A DNA stretch of 64,000 bases from the human T2T-CHM13v2.0 reference genome, Homo sapiens. Positions 1 through 17,725 of this stretch are shown piece after piece (the stretch's first letter is position 1; each line of letters starts with the position of its first letter). The DNA is taken from the NCBI RefSeq assembly GCF_009914755.1, contig NC_060941.1. One strand, 5' to 3'. The notes under the pieces were generated by a model. It was not told the DNA's origin. It did not search any database and saw nothing but the letters and a program-made list of their open reading frames with translations. The position numbers and the translations under genes were made by a program.

Positions 1-270
1 GGTGTTGTTTTCGGCCTGTGGGGTGTTATCGGCCTGTGGGGTGTTGTTATTGGCCTGAGGGGTGTTATCAGCCTGTGGGGTGTTGTTGGCCTGTGGGTGT
101 TGTTTTCGGCCTGCGGGTGTTGTTTTCGGCCTGTGGGGTGTTATCAGCCTGTGGGGTGTTATTGGCCTGTCAGGTGTTATCAGCCCGTGGGGTGTTGTCG
201 GCCTGTGGGGTGTTGTTGTCGGCCTGTGGGGTGTTGTTGTCGGCCTGTGGAGTGTTGTTATTGGCCAGCC
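1..270. repeat. GT-rich minisatellite, 18-21 bp unit GGGGTGTT(GTT)RTYGGCCTGT, truncated by window start
   Basis: About 14 directly visible tandem units. Confidence 0.95.
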
Positions 271-734
271 GGGTGTGATTTGCTCCAGCTGTAGGTGTAG
301 GTTCCCAGACATGCATATCAGGTCAACCCAAGTCTGAGGATGGCAGAGTTGCTGTGAGAGCAGGGCCAGGTGGTGAGGAGGATGCTGGTGAGGTGGCTGA
401 GATGACACATCGAAGGGTTGGGCTGTGCTGGGAGGGAGCGAGGCCAGGAAGATGGTGATAGACTTGGAAGAGAAAAGGGGCCATGGGCTGAGAGAAGACA
501 AAGGGCATGAGAGGGTGAGAGGGAAGTTGGGAGTTGAGTTTCAAAGGAGGAATCAGGTCAGGGGATGGCAAAGGGGTGGAGTGTAGTTGTGGAAATGAAT
601 TTCTAAAGGGAAAAATCAGTAGCCAGGGAGGAGAGAGTTGAGGGAGCCCAGTGTTGAGGGCTAATATTACTAATACTCACTGAGTACCTACTAAATGTTA
701 GGTACAGTTCCAAATTCTTTTTGTTGTTATTGTT

Positions 735-1395
<661 letters not shown>

Positions 1396-1605
1396 TGAAC
1401 TCTAGTCCTGACCTCAGCCTCTCTCTGTTGCCCGGGGACATCATGGCACCCATCACTCCTCAGTCTCATCCCCCTTCCCTCTTTGCAGCTCTCTTCCTCT
1501 CCCGTCTGGAAGAAACCCCTTTTATCCACCCGGTTGTATTTGCTCTGCCATCACCTATTCGCTTCCACTGCTGAGCTCCTAAGAGCTGCCTCCACGTGCT
1601 GTCTG

Positions 1606-2848
1606 AGCTTCATCCCCCACCAGCTCCCCATCCCCCACGGGCTCCTCATCCCCCTCCAGCTTCTCATCCCCCACCGGGTTCCCCATCCCCCACGGGTTCC
1701 CCATCCCCCACGGGCTCCTCATCCCCCACGGGTTCCCCATCCCCCATGGGCTCCCCATCCCCCATGGGCTCCTCATCCCCCACAGGTTCCCCAACCCCCA
1801 CAGGTTCCTCATCCCCCACTGGGTTCCCCATCCCCCACGGGTTCCTCATCCCCCACGGGTTCCCCATCCCCCATGGGTTTCCCATCCCCCACGGGCTCCC
1901 CATCCCCCTCCAGCTTCTCATCCCCCACGGGTTCCCCATCCCCAATGGGTTCCCCATCCCCCATGGGCTCCTCGTCCCCCTCCAGCTTCTCATCCCCCAC
2001 GGGTTCCCCATCCCCCATGGGTTCCCCATCCCCCTCCAGCTTCTCATCCCCCACGGGTTCCCCACCCCCCACGGGCTCCTCATCCCCCACCGGGTTCCCC
2101 ATCCCCCACGGGTTCCCCATCCCCCACGGGCTCCCCATCCCCCACGGGTTCCCCATCCCCCACGGGCTCCCCATCCCCCTCCAGCTTCTCATCCCCCACG
2201 GGCTCCCCATCCCCCACGGGTTCCCCATCCCCCACGGGCTCCTCATCCCCCACGGGTTCCCCATCCCCCACGGGTTCCCCATCCCCCACCAGACTCCCCA
2301 TCCCCCACGGGTTCCCCATCCCCCACCGGACTCCCCATCCCCCACCGGACTCCCCATCCCCCACGGGCTCCCCATCCCCCACCGGGTTCCCCATCCCCCA
2401 CGGGCTCCCCATCCCCCACGGGTTCCTCATCCCCCACGGGTTCCCCATCCCCCACCAGACTCCCCATCCCCCACGGGTTCCCCATCCCCCACCGGACTCC
2501 CCATCCCCCACCGGACTCCCCATCCCCCACGGGCTCCCCATCCCCCACGGGCTCCTCAACCCCCTCCGGCTCCTCATCCCCCACGGGTTCCCCATCCCCC
2601 ACGGGCTCCTCAACCCCCTCCGGCTCCTCATCCCCCACCGGGTTCCTCATCCCCCACCGGGTTCCTCATCCCCCAGGGGCTCCCCATCCCCCACAGGCTC
2701 CTCATCCCCCATGGGTTCCTCATCCCCCACGAGTTCCCCATCCCCCACCAGGTTCCCCATCCCCCACTGGTTCCCCATCCCCCATGGGCTCCTCAACCCC
2801 CTCCGGCTCCTCATCCCCCACGGGCTCCTCATCCCCCACCGGCTCCTC
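1606..2848. repeat. C-rich minisatellite, 18-bp unit CCCCATCCCCCACGGGTT with 19-bp variants (~68 units)
   Basis: Period 18 (unit starts at 1681, 1699). It generates the Pro/His/Ser repeat ORFs in the track. Confidence 0.98.
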
Positions 2849-4086
<1,238 letters not shown>

Positions 4087-4123
4087 TAATCGCAATCCCT
4101 GCCTCACTGGAGTGTTAGGAAGG

Positions 4124-5013
<890 letters not shown>

Positions 5014-5255
5014 GAGGATGAATTGTTCTAACAGGTGGCAGAATTTGGCATCATACCTAGCACGAGATACACGTTCAAAGAGTGCCAGCGTTGTTTATTC
5101 TCCTGGCAGAGCTGGAGGAATCTTGGTGGGCTTCACAGAGGAGGTGGCCTTGGAGCCACCCCTTGAAGGATGGAGGGATTTGGACATATGGTGCTTTGGA
5201 GAAACAGCCAGAATAAAGCCCTGTGGAGGTTGATACTCGAACCTCAAGCAACTCA

Positions 5256-5774
<519 letters not shown>

Positions 5775-6390
5775 CTATCATTCGGGACTCACGTCCTACA
5801 CTGGGCCCCGCTGCTCATGGTATAAGGACCACCCTCCTTCTGGTGCTGCTCGAGCCCTGCCTGGCCTAGCCCTGCCCACCTCTGTGCCTCCCCATCCTCC
5901 CTCCATCAGCCCCAGCAACGCTGACCTCCGTCCAGTCCCTCCTACCTCCTCAGTCAGCGACTGTTTTTTGAACATCTACACATTTGCCATGCAGCACCTT
6001 CGCACATGGCTGTTATCTCTGCCTGGGATACTCCTTCCTTTGGAAACAAACAATCTAATTCTTGCTCATCCTTCACATCTCAACTCAAATGTCCTTCCTC
6101 CAGGAAGTCTTCCCTGATTCTCCCCTTTCACGAGTTCTCCTGGTATCAAGTGCCTCTCCTTTGTCATGCCACCCACCACAGTTGCATTTTTACCTTTCTT
6201 CGTGTGATCACAAAGGAGGCCAGTGGGCCAGAAGTTCTGTGGGCACAGGAGCCGGGATGCTCCTCCGCGCTGCTGCGTCCTGGGGTCTCACACAGGGCCT
6301 GTTACAAATACAGACAGTGTGAATCGGGGGCGTGGGGAGAGGGTGAAGAAGAACAGAGACTGGTGCTGGGGAGATCTTTGAGAGGAAAGA

Positions 6391-6733
<343 letters not shown>

Positions 6734-6794
6734 TCACGGAGAGGGAGGAGCGGAGCTCAGGCTACGGCAAGGAGGAGGAGGAGAGGTACAAGGC

Positions 6795-7121
6795 GTGGGT
6801 TGGGTTTGATGATGTCACGAGTTGAGTTTGATGATGTCGTGGGTTGGGTTTGATGATGTCGTGGGTTGAGTTTGATGATGTCGTGGGTTGTGCTTGATGA
6901 TGTCGCAGGTTGGGTTTGATGATGTCACGAGTTGAGTTTGATGATGTCGTGGGTTGGGTTTGATGATGTCGTGGGTTGAGTTTGATGATGTCGTGGGTTG
7001 TGTTTGATGATGTCGCAGGTTGGGTTTGATGATGTCATGGGCTGGGTTTGATGATGTCATGAGTTGAGTTTGATGTTGTGGGTTGAGTTTGATGATGTCA
7101 CAGGTTGAATTTGATGATGTC
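6795..7121. repeat. 22-bp minisatellite GTGGGTTGRGTTTGATGATGTC (~15 units)
   Basis: Unit starts at 6795, 6817, 6839 and so on. Confidence 0.96.
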
Positions 7122-7800
7122 ACGCTGTCCCAGACGGAGCTTGGAATGGAAGTGCAGGGCTGGGTGCAGGCTGGTCAGAATTTTGAGCAGTGAAGAGAAC
7201 AGGACCCCAAGAGGGCACCTGCAGAGAGAGAACACAGAGAGGGAGGGGCACAGCTCTGACACTCAGTTTCTTCCTCAGGGAGGTGGGGCTGCATTGCCAA
7301 CCTCCTAGGGTGATTCTGAGGCTAAAGGAGGTAATCTAGGTACAGTCCTTAGCAAGCTGCCTGGCATGAAGTAAAATCATCATCATCGTCTTCTTCTTTG
7401 TCATCATCTTCATCACACTTAACTGCATTTCCATGTTGAACTCAGGAGCCTCAAATAATCAGAAAATAAAGTAACCAAGGACTTCTCTGAGGCCCTGAAA
7501 TCAGCCACACCATCAGAGGACTCCTGCGTGTGCCTGTTCTAGGGAGGGAGGGACACAGGACCCTTAGAGATGCTTGGGCTCCACCTCCTACCAAGTCATC
7601 CCGGGACCCTCCTAGGACCCTCTCTGTCCCCACCCTCATCCGTTTTAGCCGTTGAACTAGGTTCAGGAAGAACAGAGCTCACCGAGGAGTGATACATAAA
7701 ACAAGGCCCCCGTGAAGCCACATGACTCCACCCAGTCCTGGTCTCCCCAGGCAACCACGAGGCCATTCATTCTTTTGTGTGATCCGGGAAGTGGGCTTGA

Positions 7801-8368
<568 letters not shown>

Positions 8369-8875
8369 GACAATGTCTCTTTTTATGGAGGCAGGGGTGG
8401 GGGGTGCTTACAGAGGAGAGGAGGCCAGCGTGTCAGGCTGTAGGAAGAGCCCAGGGGCTGTCTTGGGATCCCAAAGCCGCTGCAGAATTGAGGCTTGCGC
8501 TGGGGTCCGGGGGCACCTGGCCTGTCTGTTCTTGCCAGTTGGCCTGGACCTGGTCCACCTTCTCAGGCCCTCGGTCTCTAGCCTGCCACCGCCACCTCCT
8601 CCACCGCCCTGAGAAGAAGTGCCAGGCTTTGCTGGGTTCTGCTCCCAGCTGTCCCCAGCTGGTGAGGGACAGGCGTGGTTAGGGGTCTGCACAAGAGGCC
8701 CTGGCCACTTCTCCGGGGACAGCCCTCTTCCTCTCCCTTAGAGTGTGGGCTGCCATGGGGACGGGATGTGTCTGGAGGCCCAGGCTCAGGGCCACCCCAG
8801 GGCTGCCTGCTGAGGCCCATGAAGCTGACCCACAGCCTTCCCGGTTCCCGGGGTCTCTCTGTGCTCTCTCCGCAG

Positions 8876-9008
8876 TCTCGAAGCAGCATGCAACAGGGCA
8901 ACGTGGACGGCGCCCGGAGGCTGGGCCGCCTGGCTCGGCTGCTCAGCATTACCCTCATCATCATGGGCATCGTCATTATCATGGTGGCCGTGACCGTCAA
9001 CTTCACAG
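8876..9008 (+). CDS. TRARG1: TRARG1 (TUSC5) internal coding exon 2, C-terminal half of the CD225/dispanin domain including the transmembrane helix
   Basis: Pyrimidine-rich acceptor ...ctctctccgcAG (8874-8875) and donor ACAG|gtgag. The 133 nt encode [44 protein letters not shown] plus 1 nt, recognised as the TUSC5/TRARG1 C-terminal region. Confidence 0.96.
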
Positions 9009-9541
9009 GTGAGACCCAGCTCCTTGGAGAGGAGGAAGCCAGCTTGCCTGGTGTGAGGACTGCTCAAGGGTGTACCCAGCCTCAGGGGCAGAGGTGGTGG
9101 GTTGGGGGAAGGAGAAGGGCTGGTGGGGGCCCCGGCCTTATCCTCCCAGTCCATAAAGTGCCCCAGTTCCCAGGAGGGACCAGATGAGTGGGGATGGGCT
9201 GGCAGACTTGTCTTATGCCCAGAGAGTGAACTGATGGAAAGGGTGTGGAAAGTGCACAGCCTCGGAGTCAGAGGACAGGAGCTCCAGCTTCAGCTCTGAT
9301 GGGCCTGGGACCAGGGTCGGTTCCTGACTAGCTGAGCCTCAGTGTTTCCTGGTATCAAGTGGCAGGAAAGAGCCTCCAGCAGAGGCTTTTGTGAGCATCA
9401 CCCGAGATAAAGGACGTGACTGTGCTTTGTAAACACTAAAATCCCTGCAGTCAGCCGGGGAACCCCAGAAGCAAGCAGTGCATATGGTAGAATTCAAAAA
9501 GTAGGTGACCCTTCTGTGGGCACCCATAGGTGGCCCGGTGA

Positions 9542-10330
<789 letters not shown>

Positions 10331-10514
10331 AGGGGAACCATTTTCAAAGGTGACTCTCTGCTGTTCAAGAAACCCATGCAGCTTGGTGAGGTGACTTTGG
10401 GGGGTCATCCGGGTCTGAACTGCCGATTTTCTTCCTTTCATACACGTACATCAGGAAGTCCCCAAGGATCTCTGCCCATTTCAATGAACCCTAAGCTTTT
10501 CCCCTAAAGACCTC

Positions 10515-10665
10515 GCTGCTCAAACTGTGCTCCCTGGACCTGTGACGGGATTATCGAGGAATGTGTCAGAAACGCAGAACTCCAGGCTCCATCCCTGAAC
10601 CGGATTGGAATCTGGACTTTAATAAGACTCCCAGCCCAACCGTCAACGTTGGGAGGCACTGGTCT
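10515..10665. mobile_element. MER5-type (hAT-Charlie) DNA transposon relic
   Basis: gctgctcaaactgtg..tgtcagaaacgcagaa..ggaatctggactttaataag..gttgggaggcactggtcta resembles MER5A. Confidence 0.6.
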
Positions 10666-10867
10666 AGAGTGTGGGGTGCCCAACTTGAGCTTGGGACCGA
10701 AAGCCTGGGGTTCAGCTGTGGGGCCGCCAGCAACCTTGGCCACTTAGGAGAGGGAAGCGTTCGGGTTTGGAATCAGCGTGCCCAGCTTCAGAATCCAGGT
10801 CCCACACTTTCTCACTGTGTGAATTGGAGCGTGTGTGACAGTTTCCTCCATGAGTGAGTCTGATTGA

Positions 10868-11290
<423 letters not shown>

Positions 11291-11636
11291 AGAGTGGTGC
11301 ACATTTTAATCAGTCCAGTAACTAAGCAGGGAAAGAAGTCTCAACAGTTAGATAGCAAAAGTCTCAGGACTGATTCAGATTGGCTCAGCTAGGGTTGCAT
11401 GCCCACCTCTGACCCAGTGCCACCTGAGCCAGTCACTGAGGCCACAGTCCTCTTACTGGCAGGAGTTCAGTTACTCCAAGAGCTCCAAACCAAAGAGGTT
11501 CCCAAGCCTTAGCCTTCTCCCCTTATCCCTATTACCACTTCCCACTGGGAACCAGAAACCCAAATCCTCCAGTCAGGGACTTGAAGAGCCAGTGTTCTGA
11601 GCCCTGTTCTGCCATATCTGTTTTTTTTCTTTACAG

Positions 11637-11650
11637 TTCAGAAGAAATAA
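11637..11650 (+). CDS. TRARG1: TRARG1 terminal exon, coding part (completes V-Q-K-K-stop)
   Basis: Acceptor ttttttttctttacAG at 11635-11636. Phase matches the previous exon: G+TT CAG AAG AAA TAA gives the known C-terminus ...VNFTVQKK*. Confidence 0.95.
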
Positions 11651-13433
11651 ACTTAAGCAGGGAGCTGGGCTAGCAGAGGCCGGCCCTGGCCATCGGGAGA
11701 GCTCTGACCTGCACACCGCGGGAGGCCAGGGTGCTGACTGTCAAGCATCCCCTGTCCCCAAGTTCCAAAAGCACAGACTCAAAGGGAAACCCCCCAGTCA
11801 CCCACTGTCAGCCCCCATCTGACAAGAAAGCCTGGAGCGAGGAAGGAAAGCACAGCGAACCCAATGGGTAACGTGGTTTACTCTCCCGGACGCGTCCTGG
11901 GATCTCAACCCCAGCAGTCTGGCTTGTTTCTCATTCCCACAATTTCCTGGGTTCCACCAAGCAGCGAAAACTGCCAGGATGAATGAGGAAAAAACCCAGC
12001 CCCACAAACGAGACACACGCTGGCGGGGAGAGACGCAGCAGAGCTCCTTCCTGTCTGTGGACTCGGAGCAAAGACGTGGGGCCCCATCTTTTGTGTTTTC
12101 CTCAAGCGGGGAAAGAATGGACTGTTTGCATGCTTCGTGCCACACGCCCGCGGTGATCCCAGCCAGGGCCCCGAGCGCAGAGGCGGAGCTGTGCTCAGCA
12201 CAGGCCTGGGACCTCCCCCGGCAGGCACCTGTGGGGGGTGCAGCTCCCGGGAAGGAGGCAACTGCCTCACTTAACATCCTCCGCTGCAAGGTGGTGGCGC
12301 CGAGAGGCGTGTCTGTGAAGACAGGTACCAGGATGGCAGGACCCGCACGCCTCTTCCCACACCTGTCAGCTTCGGAAGCATCTCTCGAGGACTCTGGTCC
12401 CAGGATGTCTCCCAGGACAAGCCAGTCTGCCTCTTCCTCCTACTTCTGCTGTAGCCTGGGACCAGACCTGGCCAAGGTCAGCCAGCGGGGAGGGCCGAGG
12501 TCTGAGCTCTCGTCCTGCCGTGGCCCCCGCGATGGCCTGGGGTGCAAGCTTGGGGCTCCGTCTGGTGCTGCTTAGGTAGTTTCAGGCTTCCAGCCCAGCC
12601 CTATGCTCTGTGCTTGGCCCTGGGCCCCTGGCCATCCACAAACAGCAGAGGCCTTCCCTGGAGGAGGCTTTGGGACCACCCCTGGGGGGACTTCCCAAAG
12701 GGTCCCAGGCTGTCAGGGGCGTTTGCGCCACCTGCAAGGGCGTGGGTCAGAGAGTTTTTATGGGGGTCTGTTGTTTGACCGTCCTGAGACCGAGGGAAGG
12801 GCTCAGCTGAAGGACCCCGTCTGCAGGAGAGTCGGGGGACCAGGTTTGGGAATACACTTGCATGTACAGAGCCTGGGGCCTGGACGCCACGGCCTCTCAT
12901 CTTAGGACCTAATGGGACCCCCGAAAGGAGCCAAGTGGGGCCCTCGGCCTCTTCCTTCGTTCCAGGCCCATGATTTTCCCTACACTTCTCCCTGGCCCAG
13001 GCTCCAGCCACAGGCACCTCTCCTGCCCCCGCCCACCCTCCTGACCGCAGCTCCCAGGCCCTGGAGACCTCCAGGCTTTCCTGCCCTGGGCAGCCCCACC
13101 TCACAGCCAGAGTCAATGCCTTCATGGGAAGGGCTCCCAGCCACACCCAGAGTGGCCCAAAGCTGTTGAAGTCAGCATCCTTTGTCCCATCAGGACCCTC
13201 CTGCCTCCTCTCCAGGCCCTTGTTCGCCTCCCCACCCTCCTCAGAGGCCCGGGGAAGGGAAGAGCAGGTCAGTACAGAGGTTCTGTCTACAGGGAGGGGC
13301 CCTGGGTCTATGCACAGCTGGAGCTCTGAGCCTTCCACAGCCCGTGTGACTGCTAGAGGGCAGGGGTGCAGGGCTCAGGGGGCCCGGGCTGGTCCTTTGG
13401 GGCTGGTGTTCCTACGTCAGTCCCCACCTGGGG

Positions 13434-13439
13434 AATAAA
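13434..13439 (+). terminator. Candidate proximal polyadenylation signal of TRARG1
   Basis: AATAAA followed ~30 nt later by GT-rich tggttgggtttgcttt. Confidence 0.5.
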
Positions 13440-13835
13440 CTCCAGCCTCTCCTGCTCATACAGAAGGGACTGGTTGGGTTTGCTTTATGGGATCTTTGAG
13501 ACCAAAACAGATGCTCCTGTTTGCTGGGGGAGGGTGTGAGCACGGAGTATTTCTGTCCCTCGTGAAGTCACGTCACACAGGGGAGAGGCGAGGTCGATGG
13601 AACTGGCCACGCACAGGCTCTGGCTCTGGAAGGAGGGATGATGAGTGGGCGTTTTCCCGGCAGGCCCCCGGGGTCCTCAGCCTCAGCAACCCAGGGAGAG
13701 GACAGAAACGAACCGATGGTTGAGGGATTGTCACGGGAGGAACATGACACCCGAAGGGACTCTAGGTGCCCTCGGAGTGCCACACATGCCCAGACCTTCT
13801 CACACCCACACAAATAGGCTCTGCCGTGCACTCCT

Positions 13836-13859
13836 ACACACACACACACACACACACAC
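13836..13859. repeat. (CA)n microsatellite in the TRARG1 3'UTR
   Basis: About 12 CA units. Confidence 0.95.
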
Positions 13860-14344
13860 GCTTGTTCACACTCAGAACCCAGGACAGCCACAGCCACCGC
13901 TTAGGGGAAGCCACTGCAGATGCCCCTGGAATGGGCACAGCACAGCCAGGGCGCTCTTCCAGGCAGGCGAGGATAACTTGAGAGTTTCCTAGGGCACCAG
14001 GGACAGAGCTCAGAGGCCCCCGAGGTGTGTGTAGGAGGCGGAGGCCCGCAGAGCACAGAGCAGGAGAAGGGCTTGGGCCCTGGAGGAGAAAGCCATTCTG
14101 GACACCAGGGGACCTGGACGGAGGGTCCCCACAGCCCGTGCCCCACGCCGCCTGGAGGCCAGAGGGGTCAGTGGCCCTGCTGTCCCGGCTCCATCTTGGT
14201 TCTAGCCGCCACCTGCATGAACACAGTGGCCCGGCTTAACGCACTAACCCAGCCTCTCCCTGTGTCCCACAGGGAGTAGCAAGACCCACCCCACACTGCC
14301 TTCACCATCTACACCAGTGACGCCGCTGTGTGTCTTAGCATGGA

Positions 14345-14354
14345 AATAAATAAA
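14345..14354 (+). terminator. Distal polyadenylation signal of TRARG1 (overlapping AATAAATAAA)
   Basis: Two overlapping AATAAA hexamers with tgtgtgtttgtg downstream. Confidence 0.8.
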
Positions 14355-14649
14355 CCTGAATGTACGTGCTCGCCTCTGGCCTGTGTGTTTGTGCTGCTGG
14401 GGTCAAGGGGGTTCCAAACAATCCGGGGGTGAGCAGTCCACTCCGCCTGTGGCCCCAGGGTCAGGCTGAGGCTGCGCACTGGGAACCTGGCACATCGGGG
14501 CTCCGTGGCCAACTCAAGGCGTTCCTCTGGGCAAGTCACTTGTCCACTCCGGGACTCAGTTTGTCCAACTGTAAAATAAGTGGTAATGCCAGTCTCATCT
14601 CCCTTCAGTCCTTTCTGCATAGATCTCAGGCCTGGAGAGAAGAGGGCAG

Positions 14650-15862
14650 GCAAGAGTTCGAGACCAGCCTGCAACATGAGGAGACTCTGTCTCTAGAAAA
14701 CATTTAAAAATCAGCCAGGCGTGGTGCTGCACGCCTGAGGTCCCAGCTACTCAGGAAGCTGAGGTGGGAAGATCACTTGAGTCAGAGAAGTTGGAGCTGC
14801 AGTGAGCTGAGCCATGTTCCTGCTCCTGGCTCCCAGACCTCCTGGGACAGTCCCTAGACCACCAGGTTCCCCACCCTGCTGGCCTCACTACTGGGACACT
14901 CACTGCCACCCCCAACAACCAACTCTCTGCCTTCCTAGAGCGTTTTCTTTAGGTCGGAGTCACATGGTCCAGGAAGCCTGCCCTAAGTGTCTGCGTCCCC
15001 AGGGTTCAGTACAGAGCCTGGCACGTAGCAGGTGCTGAGGACAAGTCTGTAGAAGGAGGGAGGGAGGGGCCCCAGCAACCAGGAGCCTCCCAGGTTGCAG
15101 GATCCCTGTGAGCGGAAGCTCCTTCCATCCAGACTGGAGGCCACGGCGCCGCTTCCTGTGTGCCAGGCGCGGGGCTCCCTGCTCCGCTGGAATTACCTCA
15201 TTTAATCCTCACAACACTTCCACGAGGGATCCTCCCATTTTCCTGGGAAGAAATAAAACTCAGGCGATCCAGGGGCTTAGCCAAGGTCATACAGTCAGGA
15301 GCCAGTAGAGCAGGACAGTCCTTGAGAAGCGTGCCTCGGTGACAGGGGCCTCTCCAGACCATAAAAGCCTGCGGGCTCTGCCAAGGGAGCTGACTGTTTC
15401 CACACCCTGTAACTGCTCCCAGCACTTTGGGAGGCTGAGGCGGGCGGATCACCTGAGGCCACCAGTTTGAGACCAGCCTGACCAATATGTTGAAGCTGAC
15501 AAGCTTCAAAACGAACATTGATTGAACTGAAAAATATGATGTACATGTGTCCTTACACACTTTTGTTTTGTTTTGTTTTTTGAGACAGAGTTTCGCTCTC
15601 GTTGTCCAGGCTGGAGTGCAGTGGCGTGATCTCGGCTCACTGCAACCTCTGCCTTCCCAGGTTCAAGCGATTCTCCTGCCTCAGCCTCCCAAGTAGCTGG
15701 GATTATAGGTGCCCGCCACCACACCTGGCTAATTTTTGTCATTTTAGAGATGGGGTTTCACCATATTGGCCAGGCTGGTCTCAAACTCCTGACCTCAGGT
15801 GGTCCACCTGCCTCGGCCTCCCAAAGTGCTGGGATTACAGGCATGAGCCACGGCGCCCAGCC
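14650..15862. mobile_element. Alu fragments (+ at ~14650-14815 and ~15418-15490), a full reverse Alu (~15562-15862) and MIR relics
   Basis: Alu consensus; MIR-like tcatttaatcctcacaac..aaactcagg..gccaaggtcatacag at ~15198-15300. Confidence 0.8.
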
Positions 15863-16559
15863 ACCTGGAGGTGATTATTAAGGTGAAATGCCACCAGTGT
15901 AACGTCAGCAACAGCCACACTCAGGTGAGCCGGACCCTTCTACACACCCTCTGTCAGCGACAGCCAGGCCCCTTTACAGCAGGCATCGGGGGCCTGAAAG
16001 TCCACGCCCCTTCACAGCAGGCATCGGGGCCTGGCATCGGGGCCTGGAAGTTTCTTTGGGATCATTTGTCGGACACCAATTTCAGAAGTTTAAAAGCAGG
16101 TTGGGAGGAGGGCACGTGTTTTGCAATCAGTAAACGAGGAAAGGGGGGTCTCACCGTGCGGAGGCTTCGATGACAGACGTGCTTCTGGGACCCGGGGCTC
16201 TGGCGCCCTGTCGGTAAACAGGTCCATGATCTCTGCAGGCCCATGGGCTGTGGGAGGCCCGACAGAGAGCTGGACACACAGAAGGCCGCGTCCTGGGGCT
16301 CAGCAGGCAGCTCCTCCCATCCCACAATCTGGGAGGCTCTGGGCACCCCAGGCTGACCGCGACATTCTGATCTCCTCCAGCCCCAGGCCTACCTCGCCTC
16401 CTTCCCGTTCCTTGATGCAAAAGAGGAGACGGCCCCCTGTGTCCAGGAACCAGGAGCACCTGGCCCCGTCCCAGGCCTTTCAGGCATTGGCTGTGTGACC
16501 TCCGGCAGCCCACGGCCTCCCTCTGAACCTCAGTCTCCCTGTGTAAAGGAGGGACTCAG

Positions 16560-17725
<1,166 letters not shown>

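Larger units (their letters stand above)
11651..14370 (+). other. TRARG1: TRARG1 3'UTR (end approximate)
   Basis: Alu-free, GC-rich unique sequence from the stop codon to the double AATAAA at 14345-14354, followed by a GT-rich downstream element. Confidence 0.8.

Noticed and set aside
1-270. Telomere-like GT-rich repeat
   Set aside because: No TTAGGG units; an ordinary minisatellite.
1606-2848. PRDM9 13-mer motif CCNCCNTNNCCNC in the C-rich arrays
   Set aside because: The main units of this array and of the 34.8-kb array do not match the motif exactly in the registers I checked.
8675-8875. Upstream extension of the TRARG1 exon 2 ORF
   Set aside because: Intronic; a canonical acceptor at 8874-8875 marks where the recognisable protein begins.
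11979-12575. 198-aa ATG-initiated ORF (and the 245-aa antisense ORF at 12601-13338)
   Set aside because: Lies within the GC-rich TRARG1 3'UTR and has no recognisable domain. Such lengths are expected by chance at this GC content. Ribo-seq would be needed to revive it.
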